From NCBI GenBank assembly GCA_965287045.1, contig OZ336874.1, positions 2,232,001 through 2,296,000 of the forward strand: a stretch of 64,000 bases of DNA, read 5' to 3'. Source of the DNA: Carcharhinus amblyrhynchos. Lineage: Eukaryota. The notes under the pieces were generated by a model. It did no database searches. It had not been told where the DNA came from and worked only from the letters and a program-made list of their open reading frames with translations. This document shows positions 47,823 through 61,867 of this stretch, piece after piece (position 1 is the first letter of the stretch; the number at the start of each line of letters is the position of its first letter). A program made the position numbers and the translations under genes.

Positions 47823-48099
47823 AAGTTTAAAGTTTATTTCTTAGTGTTGCAAGTAGGCTTACATTAACACTGCAATGAAGTTACTGTGAAATTCCCCTAG
47901 TCGCCACATTCCGGCGCCTGTTCGGGCCAATGCACTTAACCAGCACGTCATTCAGACTGTGGGAGGAAACTGGAGGAAAACCACAAAGAAATGGGGAGAA
48001 TGTACAAACTCCAAATATACAGTGACCCAAGCTGGGAATCGAATCCAGGTCCCTGGGGCTGTGAGGCACCAGTGCCAACCACTGTGCCAACCCGGATCT
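47823..48099 (-). mobile_element. V-SINE with alternative 3' tail; AGTTCTA target-site duplication
   Basis: agttcta at 47816-47822 and 48100-48106; HE1-like head reversed. Confidence 0.88.
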
Positions 48100-51000
48100 A
48101 GTTCTAGTAAATTTAATTAAGAATTTTGAATTTCTCTAAGACATGGAGAGTGACAGTCCATGGTGAATGAAGACCCTGTGTGAAAAGGACTCTAGAAAGG
48201 ATGCATCAGAGAGGAGAGCAAAGACAACATGAGGAAACACAACATGGCAGAAGCTGGAATATGGTGAGAACAGTGAAAAGAAAGAACAGAAGAGAGAGTG
48301 CACTAGGGGAGCAACATTTAGTATTGGAGCCATGAAAGATAGAGAGACCTGGAGGAGTGAGAAGCCATTGGAAGCAGGAGCCAGGAGAGAATACAAGTAT
48401 AGGGCATATGGTAGCCCTACAATAATGATTGCATGAAGGGAGCTTAGGCCTGGTGAGAACTATAAGCCAGAATGTGTAAATGGAAGAGAATGCCAGAATG
48501 GGACCCCACTGAGATGGTAATCTGGATCAGGGTTTTCGAGAGAGCAGAAGTAAAGGAGAGCCTGGGCATTTTGAACCCAAACTATGTGAGACACTGAAGT
48601 GTAAAGGAATCTGGGAAGAATGCTGAATGTTGAGACAGCAGGAGCTTGGAGAGAGCAGGAGCAGGGAGAGTGTAAGAGTCCAGAAAGAACTGGAGTTTGG
48701 AGAGTACATGTGGCCAGAAGCAGCTCAAACAAGGAGGAAGCCACAAGCGAGCAGGAGGCTGGCGAATGTAAAGGTGGAAGGAAATGGGATACTGGGAATT
48801 GCAGGAGCTAAATTGAGCTGAGCAGTGGAGAGCATGAGCCTGGGAAGAATGGGAGTCTTCAAAGAAGGAGATTGGATGAGACTGAGGAGAATGAAATCTT
48901 GGAGAAAGGAGGAGGTGAGAGAGCCTAACTAGAGTGGGAGCCATAAGAAGAGGCAGTTGATAGAGAGTGGGAGGCTGGTGAGAACCAGGAATCTAAATGG
49001 AATGATTGGGGTGTAAGTGAGGGTCTGGAGTGAGCAGAAGCCCAAAGCCAGTGGGAGTCTAAAGAGAGTATGAGCACATTGGAGAACAGGAGCACGTGAT
49101 GAATGAAAGCCTAGAAAAGCAAGGATCCAGGATCAGTTGAAATTTGGAGGCACCATGAACCTGAACAGAGATCAGAGAGCATGCTACCTATGTGAGGGGA
49201 AACCTGAAGTTTTAGTGGAAGTCACTGAAAAAGAAATGGAACCCTGAGAGAACAGAAGCCAGGAGAGAAGTGGTATCCAAACACAGGCATATGCCTGGTA
49301 GGAGTGGAGTTCTGGACGACATGGAAGTCTAGCGAGAGATGCTAACTGTAAGGACCTAGAGACCAGTATGTGTAAAGGAAGACAGCAGGAGGCTGGAGAC
49401 CACAAAAGCCTAATGTGAGCTCAGCTGAAGAGAACAGGATGTTGGAAGTTAATGAGTACCAGAGACTGAGGAAAATGGGAACTTTGAGAGTGTGGAAAGC
49501 CTGAAGGAGATTGAGAAAAGCAAGATCCCAAAGAGAGTAGGAGCTCAGAAAAATCCAGTGCTGAAAGATAACTGGAGCCCAGAGACTATTGGTCATGGAA
49601 AAAGTGACAGCCAAGAGAGTGCAGGACACTGGGGTGAATTGGAGTTTACAGAGTTCAAAATCCTTTGTGAGTTTGAGCCACAGAGCAAGTGAGTGATACA
49701 GCATGAGTCCAAAAAGTGCTGGAGCCCCAGATGAAGGGAACAAGGACCAAAACAGAAGAGACTGTTGATTGGAAAGTATCTGTTGCTGCCTGGTTAGTTG
49801 CAGTACTTATGAATGCAACTGTGGTGGATAAATGAATCTCTCACATTTTGTAGTGTAACCTGTGGGTCTAATTGACGGATTAATTCTGGGTTTGCCTCAG
49901 CTTGTTACATCTGATTGAACCTGGGTCCATTGGAGTTCAGAAAGTGTGGAGTTCAGGTGAGGGTACGGGCATATTATTGTAATGATGAGGAGACATTAAA
50001 GAACGGGAGGGCAGAAGAAGTAGTAGTGCCAATGGTGTGGGAACACGGAGTCTTTGAGAGCCTCGATAAAGCAGGAGAATGTTGAGATAACATGAGGTCG
50101 GAGCTTAAGAAATACCAGAGAGAGAAGGAGACTTGTGATCAATGAAGTGCGAAGAAAACAAGAGCCCAATTGAAGAGCAACCCTGAGAGAGTAGGGGCAC
50201 ACTGAAAACAGCAGCTAAGAGAGAGTGAGAGCCCTAAGAGTAAATACCCACTGAGCGATGGAGCAGGGACCCTGAGTGAGCAGGTCAGAATTCGAGAAAT
50301 ATGAATGCATGCAGTCAATGGGTACCCAAAGCAAATGAGAGCCTAGAAGAAGGGAAGTTTGGAAAGAATGGGAGCCCAGCAGGAGCAGCAGCTTAGAGAG
50401 TTGGAATCTGGATAGCATTGGAGCTGGAGAGTGCAGGAGACTGGTTAAGTAGAAGTTGAAGAATGTGAGAATCTATTGAGAACAGGAGCATGCGATGTTG
50501 AAACAACAGTGGGAGCTTGGAGGCAGCTTGGAAACAAACAGAGACCAGAGAACGTGAAACCTATGCGAGTGGAACCCTAAAGATAGCAGGAGGCAGGGAC
50601 AGAGGTATTCCAAAGAGAACTGGAACCCCGAAAAAGCAGAAGCGAGGAAGGAAGTGGAGTTCAAACAAAGGCAGGAGTCTGGTGTGAGTGGACAGTCAGA
50701 AGACATGAAGGTCCTGAGATACATAGTAGTTAAAAGGGATAAGAGAACAGGAGGCTGAAGTGCCCAAAAGCCCAGTGTGTGCTCAGCTGGAGAGAGCCAA
50801 ATCCTTGAAAATACAGAAATCAGGAGAATTCCAGAGATGCAAGTAAATGGGAGCTTGGAGAGTTTGGGAAACCTGTGGAGGCACGAGAAAAGCAGGGCCC
50901 CTACGGAATGCAGGAGCTCAGTGAAATCAAGAGCTGAACAATAACTGGAGAAAAGAGACTGCAGATCCTGGAAAGAATTAGTCCAAGAGAGCGCAGAAGA

Positions 51001-52527
51001 CTGGGATTAAAGGGAACTCAGAGTTCAAAATCCTTTAAGTTTGAGCCACAGAATGAGATTCAGCAGGAGCCCAAAGAACACTGGAGCCTCAAAAGAGGGA
51101 AGCCAAGCTGACAGGAACTGAGAGAAAACAGGAACATGGAGAGAAAGATACTGTTGTTTGGAAAGTATCTGTTGTTGTCTGGTTAGTTGCAGTACTTAGG
51201 AACACAACTGTGGAGGGTAAGTGAATCTCATGCATTTTGAACTCTAGCCTGTGGGTTTAAATGACAAAAGAATCCTGTTTGTGCCTCAGCTTGTTACATT
51301 CTGGTGTTAATAGTGGTATTTTGGTGCTCTGAGCAAAGACTCACAATAATGGAGTAAAGCCTGAAAGCATTCACACACTGCATATTAGCATAACATGCGC
51401 AGACTAAAAGTATTACAGCTCCAGGAAAATGAAATTTAACATGGTGAATGGAAGGAATTGAGCTTCCCAAATTTGATACAGAGACTGGTATTGGGATGAT
51501 CCAAGAGAACAGAACTGCAACCACCTGGCCTAAATTAGTACTGCACAAAGTAAATGAACATTCTTTCAAAAATGGGTCAAAAAAATGGTAGAAATAATAA
51601 TGCCTAGCGTTTATATCTTTTTTTTGGCAAGAGAGATGTAAAAGTGATGTTCTGTTTGGAATTACCAATTGCCGAAGGGTGATATTGTGCAATTTTCCCT
51701 ATGATGAAAACTTGATAGTTTGAAGCTATGGCCAGTGAACTTACCCTGATGGAGCAGATATGGATGGTGCCAGCAACCTGAGTGAAATTCTGGACCTGGT
51801 TGTCATAGATTGGTTATAGGACCTGGAGTTGTTTGTGATGGTAAAATGACATCTAGTGGTGTAGGAATTAGCTTGTGATTGATGAGATGGTCCCTGCATG
51901 CCTGTGGAAATGTAGAGATCCCAGTAAAACTAAAGAAGCAATGTGAGTGCTGAAATACAGCAAGAAGCTGTGCAGGTTTCAAACCACATTTTGGATCGAG
52001 TTTAAAAATGTTTCTAACTTCCAAAGGATGTCCTGTGATAAGTAGGTCAAGTTGGTGTCATCAAAACACTGGGGAACTAATGGAGGTAGTCTGCAAATCA
52101 AAACCCAGATTTTGACTAAGGTTTTTTTGGGCCTCATACAGACTGAGGCTTGTGGAGGTTATTCACTATTTTCAGTTAATCATTTTGTTAATGTAAGTTT
52201 ATTGTTTGATGTGACTTTATTCTGAGAGTTTCTTACTAAGGGTGTTTAGCGCGGAGGTGTGGATTTTATTGGCGGTGTTTAGTGCTGAGGTGGAATTTTA
52301 CTTAGAATGTATCGAGCTGAAATAGAAGTTCATTCGAGACAATTTGTTGCTGAGGGTTTTAGATCTGTGATGGTTTTATTGAGGAAGGTTGAGTGCTAAG
52401 GCAGCGTGATTTATTGAAGGGGTGTAGTGAGCTGTGACATGGATGGATTGATGAGGCAGGTTATTTACTGAGGGATTTAATGCTTCCATTCTGCCAATGG
52501 ACGCGGTGACGGTGAAGTTTTTGCGAC

Positions 52528-52632
52528 CATAGAATCCCTACAGTTCAGGAGGTGGCGATTCAGCCCATTGAGTCTGCACCGACCATAATCCCACTCAGGC
52601 TCCATTTCCGTAACCCCACAAATTTACCCTGC
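52528..52632 (-). mobile_element. Short HE1-like SINE 3' fragment
   Basis: catagaatccctacagt.cag.aggtggc.attcagcccattgagtctgcaccgacca is the reverse of the SINE tail. Confidence 0.75.
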
Positions 52633-53034
52633 TACAATCAACAGGGACAGCTTAAGCTGCAGAGTCATGAGATGTTGGCTGAAATCCTGTTGGCTGCCAG
52701 TTTTATGAAGATCGAGATTTCCAGGCTAAGAAATTTCACCCAACAACAAACCTGCAATGTAATCACATTCGGCTTTTGAAAACCTTTCAAGAATTCTGCT
52801 TGTAACAACACCTGCAATTGAATTGTCCATGCTTTTGTCATTCTGGTGGATATTAGACTACAAAGTGAAGATGGCATTTTGGATGTTGGATACGTTTGCA
52901 CCATGTGATCATCACATTCAATTGGTCAGTCAACACTTGTCTCAAATTGGGCCGATCCTGGCCAGTGATGTACCAACCCTGTTAATTTCTGCCTTGTAGC
53001 GTAGTCGAGGGGATAGGTGTAAAGTTATGCCAAC

Positions 53035-54935
53035 GAAACTAAATTGAGAAATCTTCCTGCATAAACAGTGCAATGTCAGGGTCATGTCCTGTCATGAACA
53101 TTGGCCCACAGTGTACAGCACAAGACAGTTCTGATTGATCCTGAAGTACCCAAGTTGGTGTTGGGATTATTGCACAACTGAAGATTGCATTAGCTGACAG
53201 GGCCTCTATGCGTGAAACTATCCACAACTTCTGTGGCACTTTAAGAACAAAACCATTCAACAAAGTGTTTGCTTTGCAATTAGCAATAAATTGACATTCT
53301 CCGTTGATTCAACATCTGGACGCCTCATCTGTAGGATACTGTGGAGCACGTTGCAGATGGTGAGAACTTATCCATTGTAAGACACTGAATGGAACAGAGA
53401 TTCATGTCTTATGCTTTGGTCATTAAATTGTACAGAATACAGTGACAACAGACATCAGCTTATTGAGCTCTGTTCAGAATGAACTATGCTGAACCATCTT
53501 ACCTTTTGTTTGCCCTGAATGAATGCTGATGTCACCCAAAATCTGGTCATTGACATCAACCAAAACTTATCATCAGTAGGAGCAATTGGCCTAGTTTTCT
53601 CCATACACCTGCACCATACAGCACTGACTGTGAGCATTCTTTTGCCAGCATCAGAGTGAGGGCGCAATACTGAATGTTTATCTCCTAGACGAAGGCTTGT
53701 CAAGCCTCAATGTCCCTGATAAAAGAAATTACAGCAAATAGGCAGTTTGCTTTGGCCTATGAGCAATTTCCACATTATGAAGTGTTACCAGGAAATGTTG
53801 ATGCAGATATTATTGAAGGTTGCAAGTTACTGAGTTCAGTCATCTATGGCACAGCATCAGCAACATTTGGTAAAAGTGAAACCTGCAACTGTAATTGATT
53901 TGAGTTCCACCCAAACAGAGATGACATCTGCCATCATGGCAAAAAGCAACAAAGCCTTCCAGATGCGCAAAGGAAATCCAATAGTCGGAACATGAATTGA
54001 ACAGCCAAGACAGATGTGCCAAAGATATCACAGTTATCACATAAATCTGCTGCAGATCAGCCTATCAACAAATCCAAACAGTCTGTGACAATGGATTTCT
54101 ATGTGCCCTGAATGATGCAACTGAGAGGACACTCGGTCTTATCGCAACCAAAGTTTTCCCTCTGAACTGACTGACTGTTATGAAAACTACTGTCCTATAA
54201 GAATGATATGTCAAAATGCACTTGATGCTCATCCACAGCTAGATGTTGAACTCTCAGTAAGGGAACTTCCTTTCTTGACAGCTTGTCCAGTACAGTGTAT
54301 TTTGATGGCCCTATGTCCTACGGTTTCAGGTGAAGAATGGAGTAAAATTAAAGTCCCCATTTTGCCTGGTATTTCGTCGTTCAGCTCTTGACCTTTGCCT
54401 TCCTACTGTAAGGAGTTTACATGCCAGTAGATCTGATAATAGTCTCTACAATCTGACTAAATTCAAATCAAAGACAGAAATATGGCAAGCCTTGATCAGA
54501 GAACTGGTCTATGCTGATGAAACCTCACTCGTCACCCATATGGTAACTGGGCTACAAGAACATGTGGATTTGCATGCTCACAGCAATTACTTACTATGAC
54601 CATCAAGAAAGTGGTGATCATTTGCCTTCAAACACACTAAACACTGATTGCAAGTGCTTAGCAAGTTGTGCATACCTTGGTCCATGGTCTCAGGAACCAA
54701 TGCAAAGAGATTGCAGCTATCACCATTGTCTGATGTTGAAAATGTGCATGGAAAACACCAGGCTGCACCTTTGGATTGCCAAGATGTTGGTTTATGGGGC
54801 CTGTGTTCCCAGAACTTTGTTGTACGGCTATGAAACATGAATGATTTAGAGCTACTAAGACAATAAGTTGATCAATTATCAGCTTTGATGTGTGTAGTGC
54901 ATTGTTGGCATCTGATGCAAGGTGAAAATAACAAG
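53035..54935 (+). mobile_element. Decayed RTE-clade LINE, array copy 6 (3'-deleted)
   Basis: SRSDNSLYNLTKFKSKTEIWQALIRELVYADETSLVTH. Confidence 0.85.
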
Positions 54936-56829
54936 GCCGGAAGGCCTAACTGTGGGTAAATGAATTTCACACATTTGGAACTAGTCTGTAGGTCTAAGTG
55001 AGAAATGAATCCTGGTTTTGCCTCAGCTTGTTGTATCTGGTGCTAATAGTGGGATGTTGGTGCTCTGAGCAAAAATAAGACTCGCAAGGATGGAGTAAAG
55101 TCTGAAAGCATTCACAAACTGCACATTAACATAACATGGGCAGATTAAAAGTTTTACAGCTCCAGAAAGAAATAAATTTAATATCATGGTGAATGGAAGA
55201 AATTGAGGCTGAGTTCCCAAATTTGATGCAGAGACTGGTGTTGGGACAATTCAGGAGAACAGAATTGCTGTTGCCTGGCTTGGATTAGCACGGCAAAAGG
55301 TAAATGTGGACATGAATGTTCTGTCAAATGATATGCAGTGTCAGAAAAGTGGTGAAAATAATAACAGCAAGGATTTATGTTTCTTTTTGGTAAGAAAGAC
55401 ACAAAAGTCAAATTTTATTCGGAATTACTAGTTGCTGAAGGGTAATATCGTGTAGTTTTCTCTGTGGTGACAACTTGATAGTTTGAAGCCTTGGCGTATG
55501 AAGTGGGGAAACCTGCTGACATGATGGAGCAGCCTGAGTGAAATAAACTGGTGGAAATTCTGGATCTGGTTGTCATGGATTGGTTCATCCGATCTCTACC
55601 CCAGTTGATTTGGATCTAGACCCTAGCATGAAGCTATCTACAACTTCTGGTGGCATTTTAAGAACAAAACCATTCACCATAGTGTTTGCTTTGCAATTAG
55701 CAATAAATTGATATTCTCTGTTGATTCAACATCTGGACGTCTCATCTGTAGGATACTGTGGAGCACATTGCAGATGGTGTAGGAGTTGTTCAATATGGTA
55801 AATTGACATCTATTGTGGAGGAATTGGTTTGTGATTCATCAGATGGTCCCTCCATGCCTGAAGTATTGTAGAGACCCCAGTATAACCATTTGGGACAATG
55901 TGAGTGCTGAAATACAGCAAGAAGCTGTGCAGGGTCCGTACCATATTTGGATCAAGTTTAAATATGTTGATGTCTTCTTTAGTCTGTCTTGTGATAGGCA
56001 GGGCAAGTTGGTATCCAAACATTGGGGAGCTAATGTACGATAGTCTGCAAATCAGAAGACAAATTCTGAGGAGGGCTCTTTGGGCCTCATGCAGTCTGAG
56101 CCATGTGAATGCCACTCACTGTTCTCAGTTATTTTTGGCGAGTTTTTTTTAATGTATGTTCATTGTTGTGATGTGGCTTTAATCTGAAGTTGTGTTACTG
56201 AGGGTGTTTAGCACTAAGGGGTATGTTTGATGTTGACGTGCGATTTTACTTCGAATTGTTTTGAGCTGAAATGGGAGTTCAGCTGAGGCAATTTGGTGTT
56301 TTATTGTGGAGTTTTGGATCTCTGATTTGTCTGTATTGAGCAGAGATGAATGTGGAGGCAGTGTGGTTTATTGTGGAGATGTAGTGATGTGTGCCATGAA
56401 TTGATCAGGTTGGTGCTTTACTGAGGGATTTTACTGCTGAGTTGCTTCCATTCTGCTGGTTGATGCAGTGATGGTGAGGCAATTGCAAGCGGAACTGTGG
56501 AGATTCACCACAAGAATCAGCAAGAGACAACTAAAGCTGCAGTCATGATACAGTGGCTCAGACTCTTGGCTGCCATTTTTATCAAGATCAAAAGATTTCA
56601 TGACTGAGGAATTTCACTCAAGAATAACTCTGGAGTGTAAACCCATTTGACCTTCGAAATCCTTTAAGAAATGTCTTGTAGCAACCCCTACAAACTAGAG
56701 TGTCCAAGTATTTATCATTCCAGTGGATATTAGCCTACAAGGTCAAGACTGGATTTTGGATGCTGGATACATTTGTGCTTCCCTTAACCATAAGTAGAAC
56801 TCTGCAAGAAACTAAATTAAGAGGTAAGT

Positions 56830-58060
56830 TGCTGAGTTTAGTCATCCATGGCACAGCATCACCAGCACTTGGTAAAGGTGGAACCTACAACAATAATTGA
56901 TTTGAGATCTACCCGAACAGTAAATAGTAAAAAGCAACAAAGTCTTTCAGATGCACAAGAGAAACCCAACAGCCAAAACGCTGTATGAATTGAAATGAGC
57001 CCAGTCAGATGTGCAAAAGACAGGCAGTTATCATGTACATCTATCACAGATCAGCCTATGTGAAGAAATCCAAGCTGTCTGTGACAATGGATTTCTCTGC
57101 TCCATTAATGATGAGATTAAGAAGACACTTGACTTGATTCTATCATTCCCAAATTTCTCCTCTGAACTAACTGCCTGTCATGAAAACTACTGTAAGCTCC
57201 AATAAGAATGACATGTCAAAACACATTTCTTCATTGTACTCTTGATCTTTGACTTCCTGCCAATATGCAAGGATTTTACATGCAAACTCTGGTCATTTGC
57301 CTTCAATCACTAAGTAACACTCAAGTTGTCTAATATATCTTGGTCCATAATGGCAGATAATCTCATTGACTCAATGCAAAGGGGATGCAGCTACCTCTAT
57401 TGTCTGATGCCCAAGATGTGCATCAAAAACACCAAGCTGCCCCTTTGGATCACCAAGATGTTGATTTATGAGACTTGTGTTCCAGGACTTTGTTGTATGG
57501 CTATGAAGCATGAATGACTTAGAGCTGTCCAGATAGGAAATTCATCAGTAATCAACCTTGATGTGTGCAGTACAATGTTTGCATCTGACAGACAGCAAAA
57601 ATAACAAATGTGATGGTCCTTTCAAAGGCAAATCTGTCAAGTGCTAGCACTGATCAAGTAGAAGTGCCTTTTTGCCCAGAACACATTTGGAGAATAGCCA
57701 TATGTGAAGGATATTCTGTAAGGGGAGGTGGATGGATGCGGAAAACAAGGAGTATGGGTACAGAAGACAAGTAGGATGCCTGTACCTCTGCTTAATGGAA
57801 GTGTGCCATGAATCATGGCATAAAGGTCATAAATATAATTGGCAAATGAAACAGCTTGACAACGAGGTCCAAAAGCAGATGCTCACAATGACAACATATA
57901 ACCATTTATACGTGCTACTTGTGCTCAAACCTGCCTTTCATGTATTGGTCTATTTGGGCATCAACAAAAGCGTTGGTCTCTTCAGCCATCAACAGAAGTG
58001 TATTGCGTTGAATGTATTAGAGCCAATTCAAGTATTTCACATAGATGGAACAATGCTTCG
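56830..58060 (+). mobile_element. Decayed RTE-clade LINE, array copy 7 (multiple deletions)
   Basis: Collinear pieces of the same element ending in cacatagatggaa.aatgcttc. Confidence 0.8.
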
Positions 58061-58989
58061 ATGAAAATGGTGGAACCATGCAGTGTGCAGAAGACCAGAG
58101 AATTGGAACCATGGGGAGCGAACATCAGCCAGGAGAGTGTGGGATACAGGAACAAGCAAGAACCTTGAGAGTGTTTTATTCCAAGGGCAATAACAACCTG
58201 AAGAGTCTGCCAGCCTGTGAAGATCAGGAACCTAAGCAAGATGGGAACTGTGAGAGCTTTCTTGGGTCTGTGATCAGGTTTGATTGAGGTGAGTTGAGTG
58301 CTGAAGCAGTGTGGTTTATTGAGGGGATGTAATGATGTATGAGGTGAATTGAGTGCAGAGGCAGGAGGCTTACGGATGCATTTTAGTGCTGAGTACTTCA
58401 TTTCTGCTGGTTAACACAGGATGATGGTGAGGCCATTCCAAGTGGAACTGTGGCTTGGCCCATTTAGGTAGCGATTCACCATTAGAATCAACTTAAGAGA
58501 CAGCTGAAGCTGCAGATTCAGGGCCATGATCTGTTTGTTCAGAACCTTTGGCCGCCTCTTTTGACAATATGAAGAGATTTGAAGGTGAAGGGATTGACAC
58601 CAGCAAGAAATCTGGAATGTAATCCTATTGAGCATTTGATTTTTCTTTCAAGAGTTCAGCTTCTAGCAGCTCCTGCAATTGTGTGTGTCCCAGGCTTTTG
58701 TCATTCCTGCGGATACTAGCCTGCAAGGTCAAGAAGAGAGTTGGATGCGGATAAACTTGCATTTGCCATAATCATGAGTAACCATCTGCAGGTAACCAAA
58801 CTGAGAAATAACTTCATCCTTACTCTAATCATCGAGGAAACCAACACAGGAGACAAGAGACTACAGGTTATAACTTCAGTTCAAATGGCATTGAGCAAGG
58901 GGGCCATGGCTTATTTCCAATGGGGAGATGGATCTTTGGCTGCAGTGGCTACATCAGCTTGACAGTCAGCATCAGCATCAAAAACAGCA

Positions 58990-59385
58990 TTCCGCTCCTT
59001 GAAAGTAGAGTCACAGGTGGACAGTATGGTGAAGAAGGCGTTCAGCATGCTTGGTTTCATCGGTCAGAACAAGAGTTGGGACATTTTGTTGAAGTTGTAC
59101 AAGACATTGATAACCTGCTACCTGGACTTGATGGCTTGATTTATAAAGGAAGGCTGGAAAGACTGGCACTTTTTCTCTGGAACATAGAAGGTTGAGGAGT
59201 GATCTTATAGACATCTATAAAATAATGAAGGACACATTACCTTGATAGTCAATATCTTTCCCAAAAGATAGGGGAGTCTAAAACTAGAGGTTTATGGTGG
59301 TGAGAGGGGAAAGATACAAAAGTGTCCAGAGGAGCAATTTTTTCACACAAAGAGTGATGAGTGTCTGGAACAAGCTGCCCGAGGT
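58990..59385 (+). mobile_element. Degraded CR1-type internal fragment
   Basis: gtgaagaaggcgttcagcatgcttgg..., aaggttgaggagtgatcttataga, tttttcacacaaagagtg.tgagtgtctggaac. Confidence 0.8.
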
Positions 59386-59459
59386 ACTGACCTGCCAATA
59401 ACAGCCTTTCTCACTTGTTGGTGGAGGATAAGGGGTTAAAAGCTGGATGGAAAGTGAGT

Positions 59460-61865
59460 ACCGACCAAATGAGAATGATTCCAGCTTGAAAGGTATAGCA
59501 TCAGGGCTGTATCCTGGCATGAACATTGACCCACATTGTACAGCAACTGTACACAAGACAGTTCTGATCGATCGTGAGCTACCCAAGTTGGTGTTGACGT
59601 TACTACTCGATTGGAGATTAGATTAGCTGACATAGATTCCATGTGTGAGGCTAGCTGCAACCCCAGAATTTTCATAACTCCAACACAATAACTTGTCAGG
59701 CATCAACATACCTCATAAAATAAATCGCGGTAAATATTTTCATTGACGTTTGAGAAGTTGCCATTCCATGAAGCAGAAAATATCGATGCAGATATTATTG
59801 AAGGTTGCAAGTTGCTGAGTTCAGTCATCCAGCACAACATCATATTTGATAAAGATGGCACCAGCAACAATAACTGATTTGAGATCTACTCATCAGAGAC
59901 GATACCTCTCATTAAAGTAAAAAGAAAATCCTTCCAGAGGGACAACAGAAACCCAACACTGCATGATTTGAAAGGAGCCAAGTCAGATGAACAAAAGGCA
60001 GAGGGTCATCACATAAATAAGCCCTGGATCAGCCTATATCAATAAATCCAAGCTGTATATGAGAGTGGATTTTTATGCACCATGAATGGTGGGATTAAGA
60101 AGATACTTGGTCCTATTCTTACCAAAGTTACTCCTCTGAAATTGGCAGATGGTGAAGTACTTTGCCACAGAAGCGACTGCTTGGAATGAACACTATAATG
60201 AACTACCATGAGATTGACATCTCCATGGTGCACTTGATGCACCTTCACAGCTTCCTGTTGTGGACAAGTTAGATGCAGATCTCATTAAGGGAATCTGAAA
60301 AAGCCATTAAGTCCCTAATGAGCAGAAAGGTACCTGTCAAGAATAGCATTCCAGCCAAATTGCTTGATACGGTGAGCCCAATTTATTGCCACACCGTCAT
60401 AACATTCTCCTCTTCTATTAAGTTAGGATCAGTTGCACAAGGAGTGCATGAGACAAATATCACTTTGTTATATGAAATGAAAGACAGCAAAGAAGACTGC
60501 TACACTGCAGGAACCTCTTGCTCCTAGAATTATTGGGAAGGCCTTTGAGGGTCATACTGAAAAATATTCCAGCAATTTGCAGACCAAGTTTACCTAAAGC
60601 ACAGTGCAGCTTCTGTACTGGCAGCTTTACAGTGGACACGATCATTTCCTTAGTGCAGCTGCAAGCGATGTCTTAAGGAAAAGGACATGTCTTTCTGCCT
60701 TGCTTTCCCAGATCTCATAAGAACATTTATTAAAACCTTTAGTGAAGCAAAACACTACAAAGGTTTGGAGAAAATTTTCCACCAAAACATGGTTTCACCT
60801 GTTCCTTTCATGACAATATGCCAGTGCAGTACATTTTGATGGCTGACTGTCCCACGGTTTGAGGGAGTGGAGTGAAACAGCCTCACCCTCCATTTTATCT
60901 GTTATTTCTTCATTATGCTCTTGACCTTTGCCTTCCTGTCGATATGCAAGGATTTTCCGTGAATATAGATCAGTCTTTACAATCTGACCAGATTCAAAGT
61001 GATGTCAAAAGTATGGCATATTATGATCAGAGAACTCCTCTACGCTGACGAAACCTCACTATTCACCCACACTGAAACTAAGCGACAGAAAAATCTGGAT
61101 TTTCTCTCCCGTACTTGTAACCTATCCCTCCTTACTATAAAAGTCAAGGGAACTGTAGCCATTTGGCTTCAATCACACTAAATATCACTCCACTGGAAGT
61201 GGTTAACAAGTTAATATCTTGGTCCACGATGGCAGATAATCTCACTTATTCCACGCAAAGGGAAAACAGCTACCACCTTTGTTTCATGCTCAAAATGTAC
61301 TTGGAAAAGCACCAAGCTGACTCTTTGGATCTCAAAAATGGTGGTTTATGAGGCATTTGTTCCAGAATTTTGTTGTACAGCTGTGAAGCATGAACAGCTT
61401 AACAGTTATCAAGACAAGAAGCTCAATAATTTTCATCTTTGATGTGTGTGGTGCTTTTTTTGCATCTGATGGGAAGTGAAGATTATAATTGTGATGGCGC
61501 TCTCAAAGACAGATGCTCGCGATCATCAGGTTAGTTCCTTGGAGAGATTCAGAGGGTGAGACTCAGCCACATGCAAAGAATATTCCAAAGTGTCTGGAGG
61601 CAGACCAGTAAGATGCCCGAAGCTCTGCTTCAAGGAAGTGTGGCATATAACATGGCAGGAAGGTCGTTAATATTGTTAATTGATAAATGCCACAGACTGA
61701 CAGCAGGCTCTAAAAACAGATGCCCACAATGACAGCTTATAACCATGTTGAGCCTGACTTTCATATATTGGTCTCTTCAGCCATCAACGAATGTGGTGAT
61801 CTCTTCAGCAATCAACAAAAATGCATCATGTTAAACATTCTCATCACCAATGTGTTTCCCACATG
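59460..61865 (+). mobile_element. Decayed RTE-clade LINE, array copy 8 (retains the 470-bp RT segment)
   Basis: KTVLIDRELPK...RLADIDSMCEAS (endonuclease pattern KTAVIDREL...RLADSGSLREANY); IRELLYADETSLFTHTE. Confidence 0.85.
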
Positions 61866-61867
61866 CC

